NCBI RefSeq assembly: GCF_009914755.1 | Contig: NC_060931.1 | Strand: one strand, 5' to 3' | Length of the DNA stretch: 64,000 nt | DNA from: the human T2T-CHM13v2.0 reference genome, Homo sapiens | Shown: piece after piece, positions 42,111 to 54,326 of the stretch | Position numbering within the stretch: position 1 is the stretch's first letter | Layout of the letters: each line of letters begins with the position of its first letter | Notes under the pieces: model-generated | The model's database searches: none | What the model was told of the DNA's origin: nothing | Seen by the model: only the letters and a program-made list of their open reading frames with translations | Made by a program: the position numbers and the translations under genes

Positions 42111-42869
42111 ACACAATGAGCCTCCCATTCTCCATCCAATCTGAGCACATCGATAATACCAACAGTAACAATGAGTGGAGGCACTTCAGGCTGGGAGCTC
42201 TTCCTGGCCTTGCTGTGGAGGTGGGCAGTTTAGGTGAAAACCGGTACAGGCTGAGGCTGAAGCCAGGTGGACCAGGAAGGAAGAAACAGGCACCACTGTT
42301 TTGAGTCAGGACTTCCAGAACAGGGGTGGACAGCTGTCTCCTGTCTGAATGGAGGAAACTGGACATCCTCAGCCAAGGGCTGTGCATTGAGCACCAGCAG
42401 TGCACTGGTTGGGGGCTTTGAGAGGCTTATGGTACTTGAGCCTCAGGCCCAGGGGAGTTATCAGGAGGACCAGGAAAGCTGCCAACTCCATGTCAGAGTT
42501 CCCAAGCGAGCTCTGGCTAAGGAGCAGTTTGGGTGGTCCAGAATTGGTGCCTTCCCAAAACAAACAGGAGACGCCTATGTTCCTGGCTAACTCCCACTGT
42601 GACCCTAACATCTGGCACCCCAGGGCACTGCCTGGGCTTAGAGAGCTCATTAGTGCACACAGAAAGGAAGCTGTCCACGTCTGGGCAGAGGGGGTGGAAG
42701 AGAAGGTGGGTGGGACGAGAACAGCTGGAAACCACCCACTCCAAGAGACTCAGCTGAGCTAAGTATGGGCAGGGGGAAGGATCCCAAAGCACGAGGCGGG
42801 AACTCAGAGTCCTGTATCACCCGCTGTGTACCTGTCAGCAAGTTACCAATGCCTTGTGGACTGAGTTCA

Positions 42870-43120
42870 GTGTCTGTGAGCAAGGACTTTTGGTCAGCCA
42901 GACCTGGGTTCAAATCTAGCTCTGGCACTAACTAGATGTGTCACCTTGAGTAAGTCACTCTCTGAGCCTCATTTTCCTTATCAACAAAATGGCCAAAAAG
43001 AGGTACCTTCCTTACAGGGCAGCAGTGAGGAATAAACAGGCAACTGTGCATAGAATACAGGGCCAGGGCCCCATACATTGTAAGTATTCAATAAATGGCC
43101 TAATTTCTTAATATCATCAC
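42870..43120 (+). mobile_element. MIR
   Basis: CAGACCTGGGTTCAAATCTAGCTCTGGCACTAACTAGATGTGTCACCTTGAGTAAGTCACT. Confidence 0.8.
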
Positions 43121-44714
43121 CATCCTTATAGATAATGCCACAGGCTCTGCTCTTTCTCAGCACAAGGTTGTTGTAATGATCCAATGAGACTGTCTACACA
43201 AGTAAAAGCATGATGAGGCAGCAAGGCACTGTGTAGACAATGGCCAGACTTCTAAGTAGGGACATGCTGCCTCTGCTCCCTTATTTTCTCTCCTGGGCTA
43301 AAGAAGATGTCCACAGGAATATTCCCTTGTTGAGGGTAACCAACTCTCTCATGGGGATGATTAATGGAGTAAATAATTCTATTTTCAGAGAAGTTACATG
43401 TCATTGGTTATTGGCTTTCAGCACATAACTAACAGCAAGAAACCATGTACTCACATAAGGCTTGGGGTTCAGATCATTGCACCCCTTCAAGTAGGGTCAT
43501 AGCTTTGCATTCTTGAATTCCTTATCTACTAGCTTCCCCTCCACCTTCAGCTGACTGTCTTAAACAGAGCCTTTCTCAGTACACATTTGTTGGGGAAGTG
43601 ATTTTTGTAAACATTTTAACAAATTGCTTGGGCATCATGGAGAGCCAGTTCAGTGTTATGTGTAACCCTTCCCAGGAGGCTGCAGGGAACACAGTGAGCA
43701 TTTGCTATTTCCTCAGACCACTCAGACCTTCCACTCTGGAAACCACAGTGAGAATCTCCAGAGAGAAGAGGCCTTATGGCTTGTTGACTCCTTCCTGCTT
43801 TCTATAGGACTAGCTCCAGCAGGATCACAGATGCTTCCTCTGAGTTTTATCTAAGACAGTTGAACACTCACAGGCCTGGGCAGGGCATAAAAATCTGGAA
43901 GGAACTTCCATGATGATCTGAAAAATGTCTTCTTTTCAGCCGGCTGGAAGTTTGGCTTAGGTTTGGGTCATAGATCAGGTCGATATTGAAGTGCCCCTCC
44001 CAGGTCACCCCAAGCTGGGAAGGGGAACTTTTGGGTCTGCTTTGATTTAGCCATTGCCAGTCTCCTTGTCATCACTCTGTCCTGTTTCTTTGGAGGCTGT
44101 GCTGTGAATGTTTTGCTTCTCCTGATGCTAGATGAGCCCTGTGGTCACTGGCCCGCCCTGGCCTACTGCCCACCACATCAGTCTTTCTGTCCAGTCTGCA
44201 GAGCCAGTACCTGCCTGGTCACATTTCCACTTCCTGGCTTATCTCTGTGCTCACAGCAGGTTTGGCTGCTCTGCAGATTCTGAGAATGGTGCCCAGCAGG
44301 ACTTTCTGGGCTTTTCTTTTCTCCCCGTATAGAGGTGACTATGGATAAAGTATTGCCTCCCTAGTCACAGAGAGCTGCCTGGCAAAGCTGCAATGAGGGG
44401 CAGCCTTGCCTTTGGGCTAAAGATCTGAGGGATGGAATGAGAACTATGGCCTGCTCTGACTATGCAAGCTCTCAAAACCACGATTCAACTCTCTGGGGCC
44501 TTTCTGAGCCGTAGGGGACTGGGGAGGGCGTGGGCAGCTGGGGAGGGATTCAAATGCCCTTGTGATGAATTCTAATGCACCTATACACGTTCTACATCAT
44601 TATTGTGTTCCGAAGACTCATCCACCACCTCCCTTCCTTGCTTGCTCATGGCTGCTGGTGTTCTCCCAAGCCCAACAACCCAGTGGGCCTCAGCTGCTAC
44701 CAGGTATGAGGGAT

Positions 44715-44955
44715 AGCGTACTGGGTGAGACCTGGACTCTGGAGCCAGATGGTGGGTTTGAACCCTGGCTCTGCTGCTTATTGGTCGTGTGACCTCAGGC
44801 AAGTTACTCAACCTCTCTATGCTTCCATTTCCTCATCCATAGAATGGAGGTGATAATAGGACCTACTCCACTGGGTCATGATAAGAATCAAATGAGTTAA
44901 CATATGGAGAGTGCCTGTATCAGCACCTGGTATGCAGTGAGTGTTTGCAACATAT
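44715..44955 (+). mobile_element. MIR (MIRb-like)
   Basis: GACTCTGGAGCCAGA...TGTGACCTCAGGCAAGTTACTCAACCTCTCTATGCTTCCATTTCCTCATC. Confidence 0.85.
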
Positions 44956-45292
44956 AACAAATATTCACAGACCCAGTGTTAATTTTTCCATGGGATATAG
45001 GGGTCATTACTGAGCTTTGAGCTCTCTTGATGCTGGGGTTGAAGTTAACCTAGAATAATATAGTGGCAAGAAAACCACTTGACATCCTCAGCACTGGAGC
45101 AGTGTAGCTGTGTACCTTGGTTTCCTCTGCTGTACAATGGTAAACAAATACAATTCTCCAAATAGAATTATATTTTGGAATGAAATAATTCCAGTAATAT
45201 TCTTAACAGAATACCTGGAAAATATTCAATATGTGTTTAGCTATATTCATTAATATTATTATTATGGTAACTGAGACAGGCCAAGGAAGGGT

Positions 45293-45488
45293 AAGAGTTG
45301 TTCTTGGACATCTGCTCCCCAAAGGACATCAGCAATGTCTGGGGTCATTTTGGGATGTCATAGCTGGGGTTTGCTACTAGTATCTAGTGAGTAGAGGCTA
45401 AGAATGCTGCTAAACATCCTATAATGCAAGGGAAAGTTCCCAGAGCAAATAATTATACAGCCCAAAATGTTTATAGTGTCAAGGTTGT
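45293..45488. mobile_element. MER20
   Basis: GGACATCAGCAATGTCTGG...TATCTAGTGAGTAGAGGCTAAGAATGCTGCTAAACATCCTATAATGCA...CAGCCCAAAATGT. Confidence 0.8.
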
Positions 45489-45814
45489 GTGTTTTGAGTA
45501 TAGCTACCGCCACAGGGCACCATATCCCTGACTGCTGTGTGATCACCCTTAGAAGGGAAATACCCTTGAGCAGGCTTTCCACTGTTGCACAGAAAAAAGG
45601 AGATAGTAACTCCAGATTCACTGGAGCAACTGAAGGGAGATGTCTCTCTAGGGCTAACTTCAGGTTTTCAAGTACCAGAATCAGGGAACCCCATGAAAGC
45701 AACAACAATCCCACACTGTGCACCTAGAATAGCTGCTTTGCTGAATTCTCCCTGATAATATTTGTAATCCTACCAAATGTGGGTACTGGCTCAATGGGCT
45801 TCTGCAAGCCAAAC

Positions 45815-46660
45815 TTTCTCCCCAATACAGTCTCCACTGCTGTGAATGGCCACATACCCTTCCATGCAGTCACTCAAGCCAGAAACCTGGAAATCATTGT
45901 CAAGGCCTCACTCTCCCTTGTCCCCTGCAGCCAGTCATGCTGTTGATTCACTGTTCTAGATACCACTTACATCATTCACCTCTCCCCATTCCCACTGCCA
46001 TTGCCTTGGTCTGGGTTTTCATGATCTTTCACTCAAGTTACTCCAAGAGCTCCTAATAGTCTCTATTTCCAGTCCCTTCCAACCCCTATCCATCCACCAC
46101 CTTGCTCCAAGAAACATCTTCCCAAAACATAAGTCATGTCACTTATTTACTTAAAATTCTATCAGCAAACTATTGCCCCAAGCACAGGACATAAGATCCA
46201 AAGCACTTTGTGATCTGGCCTTGGCCTGCTTCTCCAAACTCACCTTGCCTTCCTCATTCTTCAGCTGCTTGCATGTCGCCAGACACGTGTCATATACAGT
46301 TGAGCCTCTGAGCCTTCTCATATGCTGTTACTGTGCCTACAACACTATTTCCAGCCTCTTCTGTGGGCTGACTCCTACTTTCCTTGAAGACTCAGTTTAA
46401 GCATCACTCCCTCTGGAAAAATTTCCTAAAACTCTCCCCGGGAGGCTGCATTTAGGACTTTCCTTTCTGCTTCCATAGTTCCTCATGCACACTCTTCTAA
46501 TCCTGTATTATAATCATGGATTTCCTTACCTGATTCTTCCACTAGACCATCACCTCCTTTAGGTGAGGTGCTGTAATCATTTCTATTTACCAGCATTCTA
46601 GTACATGGCTTTGCACATGATAAGATGGTCAATAAATGTTAATGGAATGAGTAACTATTG
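45815..46660 (+). mobile_element. LINE-2 (L2) 3' region
   Basis: L2 motifs CACTCAAGCCAGAAACCTGGAAATCAT, CATGTCACT, CACTAGAC; 3' end CAATAAATGTTAATGGAATGA. Confidence 0.75.
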
Positions 46661-47307
46661 GGGTTATGAACAATATATGGTTGTTGAATTAATTGAATGA
46701 ATTATTTAATGATCTTTCACCCAAGTTACTCCAGGAGCTCCAAGGATGTCACTCACTATACTAAGCATCTGCTTTTTTTTTTCCTTTGGTGGATTTTTCA
46801 GGCACCTAGTATAAGCCAACCACTATACAGGTCTCTAGAAATTTCAAGATGAATAAGATCATGTAGTCTCTTCCTTGTGAAGTTTGTAGTCTGGCTAAGG
46901 ACACAGACCCACTAATTCTGCCTCCCTCTCCATTCTTTTGCTCAAATAAAAAAATAGGATTCTCTCTTCATTGATCTCTTTTACTCACCCCCCTCATCCA
47001 ACCCAGCAACAAGTCTCACTGAGTCTACCTCTAAATCATAATATCCTTCACTTTCATCTCCATTTCTACCACTATAATCCAAACCAGCATCTTTCTCTTT
47101 GACTCGTTAGTCTTCCAGCTTTCACTCTTGCCCTTTACAATTTATTCTCCCCATAACAGCCAGAACGATCTTTTGACAATGTAAAAAGAGCATGTTACTT
47201 CCGTTCTTAAAATAATTGCTCCTCATCACACTCTTACCAGGCCAATGAGGATGATTGAGCTCAATTCTTCACTTCATCCCTTAACAGAATTTTGCCTCCA
47301 TACCCTT

Positions 47308-47800
47308 GCTATGGCTTCTTGGTAGGAATCATGTACTTCTCCACCTCTTGACCTAGAAATTGGCCATATGACTCCTTTGACCAATAGGATGTTAGCAGAC
47401 ATCACCAAAGCAGAGGCTCAACATGTGCTTGTAGAGACTGGCATGCCCCTTGTGCTTCTCTGACCTGCCAAGAGATGTTAAGCCCTGGTACTTCCTGTGC
47501 CAAAGAAAATGTGGAGACATATGGAGCAAATTTGAGGTGAACCCAAATCCTGGAGCAAAGCCCCACCAACCCACACACCTGCAAACAGGCGCTTAACCTG
47601 TGTAGTTGTACAGGACTCCTTGCTTAGAAGAGCCCCATGCTTGGTTTAATGTTCTTCTGTTACTGTTTTGAATGTTTTAATATTTTTAACAAGGGCCCTA
47701 CACTTTCATTTTGTTCTAGGCCCCCAAAAATTATGTAGCTGGTAAGCAAGAATAAATGTTTGTTATTATAAGCTACTAAATTTTGGGTGGTTTTATTTAT
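47308..47800 (+). mobile_element. MLT1 (ERVL-MaLR) solo LTR, MLT1I/J-like
   Basis: TGGCCATATGACTCCTTTGACCAATAGGATGTTAGCAGA...AAGAATAAATGTTTGTTATTATAAGCTACTAAATTTTGGGTGGTT. Confidence 0.7.
47586..47743. mobile_element. MER91A (hAT-Tip100) nested in the MLT1 LTR
   Basis: GCTTAGAAGAGCCCCATGCTTGGTTTAATG...TTTCATTTTGTTCTAGGCCCCCAAAAATTATGTAGCTGG. Confidence 0.75.
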
Positions 47801-49184
47801 GTTCTTTCTTTGTAGTACCTATCAACTTCTGAAGTTGCCTCTCCACTTACTTGTTGACAATTGTCTTCTCCAAATAGACTGTAAACTTCTTAACAGCAAG
47901 GACCTTGTCTATCTTGTGTGTCTTTGTAGGCCCAGGGCCTGATGCATCCCAGACTTCCAATCAATGCTAGTCAAATAAATAAATGAACAACTTCCATAAT
48001 TTCTAAAATCAGGCAAAAAGCACAAGAGCCTCATGGACAAAAGTATTGGTTCTATCCAAAGACAGGAGGTTTACAGAAGAGGCAATGCTTAAATTTCTTC
48101 ATCTCCTTCACTCATCCTTTCTTGTCTTTTATCTATTCAGAGTACCCAGCACCTGAGTGAGATTAGCAACTTCTACAAAATCAGGTTTTTCTACAGTCAT
48201 CTTCCAAAAACATAGATGGAGGAGAAAACAAGAAACACCCCTTTTCTCAGACCACTCCAAGGATAAGTTCACTGCTCGATACGTTAGGGGGTGGACAGAG
48301 GTGTTCACTGTCCCCCTGGCTTTCTTCTTCCTATTTATTTAATAACATGATGCCAAGAGTTTTATCTGGGCACTGATCACTCAGCTCAAGCCTCCTCTGC
48401 AGCCAGTTGTGCCACGTGACTCATTTCAGCCAATATAACATGAGCAGAAATAAATTACACTCAAACATTTGCTTCACAAAGTTGCTATAAGAACCTTGTG
48501 AAGTATGAGCTAACATCACACATAAAGGGCTTAGAAGAGTGTCTGACTCATAGTAAGCACCCAAGAAATGTGAGTCACAGTCATCATTAATATTTGAATC
48601 TTCAATTTTGCACTCATTATAAAAGAATAGTTTATGAATCTTCCACCGTTCTCACAGCCATGTAGTATCCCAAGTCTCTGGTTATCGATTCAGAGGCTGT
48701 TCCTTCATTGTTCTTCATTGTCTTCCATTGTCCTTTCTTCATTGTCCTTCCAGTGTATTACATTGGAGAAGACATTGCAATGGAACAAGTCACTAACCTA
48801 GCATTTCCCCTGCTATATTCCAACTCCCATAGGTAAAGGCGTGCCGGGGTCTCAGGAAAATGCATCCCATCTCAGATCTTATGGGCTGCTTTGTGCTCAC
48901 CAGGCGGCTTTACCCAGCATCAGCATTTCCAAAGACATTTAGAGGCTCAGTAGAAGTGCCCAGAAGCACTTGACTGCTCTTGAGTAATAACTAGCTTCCT
49001 ATTTGCAATATTTTGAAAACACTGTGCCATAGTCTATAAAACCGGAGGCAATTATGTGAGAAAGTGATAAAATGAAATAAACTATTTGCCCTGGAAAGCC
49101 ACTGATTCTGAGGCAGTGTTGTAGATGCACGGTTCTTTCTTGAATCTTTCTTGAATCTTTCTGGCACAGCCAAATGATACAGTT

Positions 49185-49403
49185 AGGTGTTATGAGCACA
49201 TGACCTTCAACATAGGCAATCTGGATTTGAGTCCTAGCTCCACCCTTTCCAACTGGGTGACCTTGGGAAAGTCACAGTCTCACCAAGTGTTTAAATGTGG
49301 CCCACTTCATACAATTGTAGTTTATGTAAGGAGCAAATGAGATGATGGAGGCAGAGCACTCTCAATAGCACCAGGAGCACAGTGGGTGCCACTGTTATTA
49401 TTG
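49185..49403 (+). mobile_element. MIR
   Basis: CTGGATTTGAGTCCTAGCTCCACC...GGGTGACCTTGGGAAAGTCAC...TGTTATTATT. Confidence 0.7.
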
Positions 49404-51189
49404 TCGCATTGCTCAAAACTCACCGGGCCCAAGTCAGCTCTGTCACATGACTTTCAGCAGCGCTTCCTGACAACAAAGCTGTTTCTGCAAGTCACCAACA
49501 GCCAACAGACCCAGTGGACAAATAATTTTAACTGTCGCAGAGAGACTTCAATTTCCTATTGGTCAATTAAAGAATTCGTAACTGCCTCCTGCCCTTCTTG
49601 TTCAGCATTTTAAATGGTGCTCCCTAAATAGAACATGTTTCGTCCTCTTTTAGCCCAGCCCTTCCCAGTCAGGAGAATCTTTACGTGGGTTGTTCTAATC
49701 CACATTCATTTTCCATTTTGGAGTCCAGCTTATAATCTTGGGAATCAAGTCCTCCACTGGCTTCTCACCACAGGTGATTCTGGGAACAGGCCTCCCAGAA
49801 GAGCCTCTGAAAAACCTCCTGGGCAGAGGTGTGGCCCTAACATATTTTAAGCAGAGGAGGAAATTCTCTTCAAGCCACACAGGCAAAGGTTCATGAGAAA
49901 GTGCTTTCACACAGACAGGCTCAAGAGACTCCTCGACTCTGAAGAGGCAGGAACAGAATTCATGAGAAAATGGGACAAGAATTCAGCCCTCAGACCCACA
50001 GCGCTTTCAGATATTAACACCCTTGCCTTCAGTTTCTCCCAGATAGCAGGAAAAAGCAGCATGAACCATCACAGCTGAATCAAGCACAGGCTGGGCAAAA
50101 ACAAACTCCCTCATGTCCCCATTGCAGAATTCACCTCTTGGCCAGCGTGAAAATATCCAGAACAATACAATTCAGGAATAAGCCATCTTATTTCCTACTG
50201 GTTTCTGTTATTGAATCAATAAAAGTTTTCCATTTTAAATATATACACTACTGTCCTGAAAATAATGCTCAGAGCATTTTAAAAATAAGTTAAGAATATT
50301 CCTCAATTGCATGTAACCCCCCGTATCCAAAGGAAACAAGGTCTCAGGTTATCATGTGGACGGAATGTGGTTGTGAGTAGGACGAGAGGCTCAGTGGGTC
50401 TCTAAGAGCTCTTCCAGTGCAATAATGAAGGCATTAAATTACCAGGTCAGAGGCCCCAGTTCACAAAGAAATAATATCAGTTTATTATTTCTAATCTTAT
50501 TAAGTTAGAAAATAGTCTTGAGATGCAATGTCATCCTAGAATGGCTAAAGTATTGATTATGTGAGGCTGCACTCATGGATAGTTCAAGGAGCCTGATTTT
50601 ATTTAATTTCAGTAATTTTTAAAGCATTCTAACAAATTTTCTATAAAGTAAATAATCCTGAATTATTTCCATAAATAATGTAGATATATGGTCAGATTTA
50701 CTTAGTATTTACCAGTTACATATTTTGCATTACGAGTTAGAAAAAAAAGAATTATTTTTAATCCTATTTTCCCAATCCCCAGTGTCTTCCTTGAGAAAAA
50801 TAGACTTTTAAAAATATATATTGCAGTTTTAAGAAAAATATGGATGTTATCAAACTAGGACTTGTGACAATCCATTGATGCTGTCATTTTCTTATAATTG
50901 CATTATGTCCAAAGCTGAAACCTCAATGTGCTATGATTTCGGATTATGCAAGGAAAAGCCTATAGCCAGGCATTGTTACAATGTCAACCTGCTGCAGCTG
51001 GAATTATAGACAGCAGTTAACCCTGCCAGTGCCCCTTTCTCCCCTGCCTACCAGCAGAGCTCCACTTGAGGGTAGGGCCAGAAAGAAGCTTCAGTCTCCT
51101 CAGCCACAAACCACATTCTCCCCTTATGTTCAAGGAAAGTGGCCCCAGTCTCTGGTGAGTGGGCAAGACTGGCTACTAGAGCCAACAGC

Positions 51190-51800
51190 TTAATCCAACA
51201 TTGAATGAACACCTACTATATGCCAAGACCCAGGCCAGGCATTCAAGGATACAAGGTTTTCTTCCTTCTAGAAGTTTCCAGTTGGATGTATGTCTGGATA
51301 ATGAAAGGCTTGGGAAAGTAATGTCCAGGGTGGCTAGGGACCTCTTCTCCATGACTAGATATTACCAAGGCTAAAAAAGTCACCACCCTCTGCTACCACC
51401 ACCACATTCATGACATTGTTCTCAATATCCTTCTTTCCTTCCATATAGACAATTTTTTTTCATTCTCCAGGCAAATAACATGGCACCTGCCACGTCCCAG
51501 GTGCTGTGCCAGGCATTAGGAATACAGCAGTCAGTAAGATCTAGATTAGGCCATTTAGAGCCTTACAGTCTAATGGAGAATACAGGCAGGTCAATGAAAA
51601 CCATATGGTATCATACACTGTATAAGAGTAGACACTTGGTACGAAAGGATCATGGAATTCTTTCTCGGGGAGGAGACAGCTAAGCTGAGTTTCCAAACAT
51701 GATGACAACACATACAAAGGGAGATGGGAATGGAGTGCAGCATTTTAGACAACACATGCAAAGGCCCAGTGGTGAGAGAAAGAGACATGACAGGGAACTC
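51190..51800 (-). mobile_element. L2 fragments
   Basis: TGAACACCTACTATATGCCAAG and GGCACCTGCCACGTCCCAGGTGCTGTGCCAGGCATTAGGAATACAGCAGT are reverse L2 3'-end motifs. Confidence 0.6.
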
Positions 51801-54169
51801 CTAATTGATATGTCAGGAATACACAGTGCAAGGAGGCAAGGGAGGAGCCCCCAGTCCTGCTCCCAAAAGGCCCTGCATGAGGTGCTATGGAATTGGCTCT
51901 ATGGTTGACTCACCTGGGGTCAGCCTCCACCAGTGGCTCACCTTGGCCTGTGTCCCGTAGGCCAAAGAATCCAGCAGTCTCTTCCCTGCCTCTCACTCAC
52001 ATCCCCTGAGGTTGTTAATTAGACTTTTCCTATCCCAAGATTTCATGAGCAGTAGGCAAAGTGCCTTCATGCAATTAGTGAGCCTGAAGTTACCAACCCA
52101 AACCTGAGACTCACGCCCTCAAGAATGTTTCCTCTCAGGATATTTGTTAGCTCAGAAGACATGTGTGAGCAAAGTATGTTATTTAGTGACCTATAATGCC
52201 TGAATAATGATCACAGTAAATCAGACCTCATTATGTGCAGGAGAGCCGGGCAGCCCAACTGGCTAGGTAATGAGGTCTAATTTAATGCCCTGGTATTATT
52301 CTCCACATGTTTGCTGGGAAGTTAGGGGTGGGATGGCGGGGTTGGCCTGGTGGATCCAGAAGCCCTGGGATGTTCAGCAGTTACCTAGGGAGGCTAGTAC
52401 ACATGTTAGGAGCTTGGGAAAGACTGTGCTCAGCAATGCTCAGTCCCTCCCAGTGGGTTACAACAAGGCCTGGTCCTCTCACAGTGGCTTAAACCAGAAA
52501 AGCTTATAGTCACAACTTATTACAACAAACAACAGCACCCTGGAAGCTATTTCTTTGAAATAAAAGGAAGGTTACAAAGGCAGGAAACGCCAGCACAGAT
52601 AGCAAAATCAGAATCTCCATGAAAAGAAATATTAACTGTCAGAGGGTTCACTTCATGAGTCATGCGTCTCAGACCAGTTTGTGATCGAGTCTGCTCAGCA
52701 TGTCAGAGCCAGGGGAGGTGGCTCTTGGTCCAGCCTTCTTTGAGTGTGAGTAGCCCTCATTTATTTCTTGCTTTGAGGAGCCTTTTCCATAGCAATCCAA
52801 TATTGTGGTTTTTCATTCTTCATGCACAGCCTTTTCTCATTGATTACCTAACATCATTCGTTTGGGCCCGTTCCATACAAAAGTCAATGGAGAGATCAAT
52901 TTTAACCATTTGATGTACAAAAATTTGCTCTTAAAACATCCAGAGACTGAAATCATTTATCTTTTGTTCACCAACTCATAACTCTTTTCCTGCTGTTGGT
53001 TTCTTGTTGGGTAGCAGACATCAAGAAGGAGACAGCCAGAGACCTTTGCGCAGGTGGCCTTCTCTGGATCCCCATGGAACTATCATCTAGGAAACCTCTG
53101 ACATCTGATGGCAGTTTTAAAGGGTAATATCTGTGTGTGACATCAGGTGCCAGACAGGCTATAACACTCAACACGCTATCAGCTGAAGCTCCCTCACTGC
53201 CCCCTTCATCAGTTTTCAGTCCTCTCATTCCTATCAGTGGAATATGGTGAAACCCAACAAAGCAGACTGCACTGCCACGTGTTGGGGGCTCACATAAGGC
53301 GGATTGGCTCCCCACATGAAAAGCAATGTTTGGTGCAAATCCTCCTTGTCTTCCATATCAGCAAAATAGCAGGATTCTCTTGCATTTTCCCCGAGCAACA
53401 ACTGGCGCATTTATTTCTACAGGGCACAGGAAATTGCTTCCTCCACATTCTCTTTGGACTTGAAAAAGATTCTTAGATCTCCCCCTTTTCTGGGAACTCT
53501 GGGCTCATAATCAGACAAAAAACCTTTTAGTAATACCAAGCTGTGATGCAAGATAATCATCCCAAGTGTAGGAGAACAGCAGAGAGAGACTCAATTGTGT
53601 TTTAAAGCACTCTGAAAAATAGCAAACCCATTCATTTGAACTCTTCAAAAGTATTCTGCATTATAGTTTCTCTAGCTGGTGTTTTAGCTGAATATGGCAT
53701 TAAATCTTCATTGTATGGCAAAGCCTCTAACAAGCAAAATGGGAAGAGGCTAAATGTGCATTGGCTGCCAAGGCAGAGGTTTCTTTATTGTAAACCAGAA
53801 CAGTGAGATGGGTGTGGGTGCAGTGGGCTAGTGGAGTAGAATCTGTCTGGGATTCAAAGTGATCACAATATGGTGAATATTGACTATGGTCAAAATATCC
53901 TGGAAAATCACATAGGATGGTGCCCATTGATGATGGACACACTGCCTCTCGCTAAAGTCAGCCCTGCTAGATTTTCTCTAGCATTGAAATAGGCCTATGT
54001 CTACACTTGAACTTCTGTCTAGGGACTAGTTGTCATGAAAACTGTGTGCCTATAAACAGTAGAATGGCACACAGCATTAAAAGAGGCTGATGCTGTGAAG
54101 GGCCGGGAAGACTGAAGTCATCTGCAAGAACAGCAAAGTTATGCTTCCCACTTCATGTACACCTTCTCC

Positions 54170-54326
54170 CAGTGGTCCTCAACCTTCAGCCCTCATCAGA
54201 ACCACTGGAGGCTGGTTAAAGGACAGATCAAGAGTCCTACCCCCACAGTTTCTGATTCAGTAGGTCTGGGGTGGGCCTAAGAATTTACATTCCCAGTGAG
54301 GCTGTGGCCAACTCTGCAAACCACTG
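54170..54326. mobile_element. MER5A (hAT-Charlie) MITE
   Basis: CAGTGGTCCTCAACCTT...TTTCTGATTCAGTAGGTCTGGGGTGGGCCTAAGAATTT...AACCACTG. Confidence 0.85.

Larger units (their letters stand above)
46940..47990 (+). mobile_element. L2 3' region interrupted by an MLT1 LTR
   Basis: L2 body ~46940-47290; L2 3' end ~47810-47990 (TAGACTGTAAACTTCTT...AAATAAATAAATGAA). Confidence 0.65.

Noticed and set aside
41600-42930. Cluster of overlapping 60-130-aa ORFs suggesting a gene
   Set aside because: Locally higher GC and MIR sequence. No recognisable domain or consistent exon structure, and ORFs on both strands as expected by chance.
48700-48755. Short CTTCATTGT repeats (also small tandem duplications at ~49133-49162 and ~56170-56210)
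   Set aside because: Ordinary slippage duplications with no further structure.
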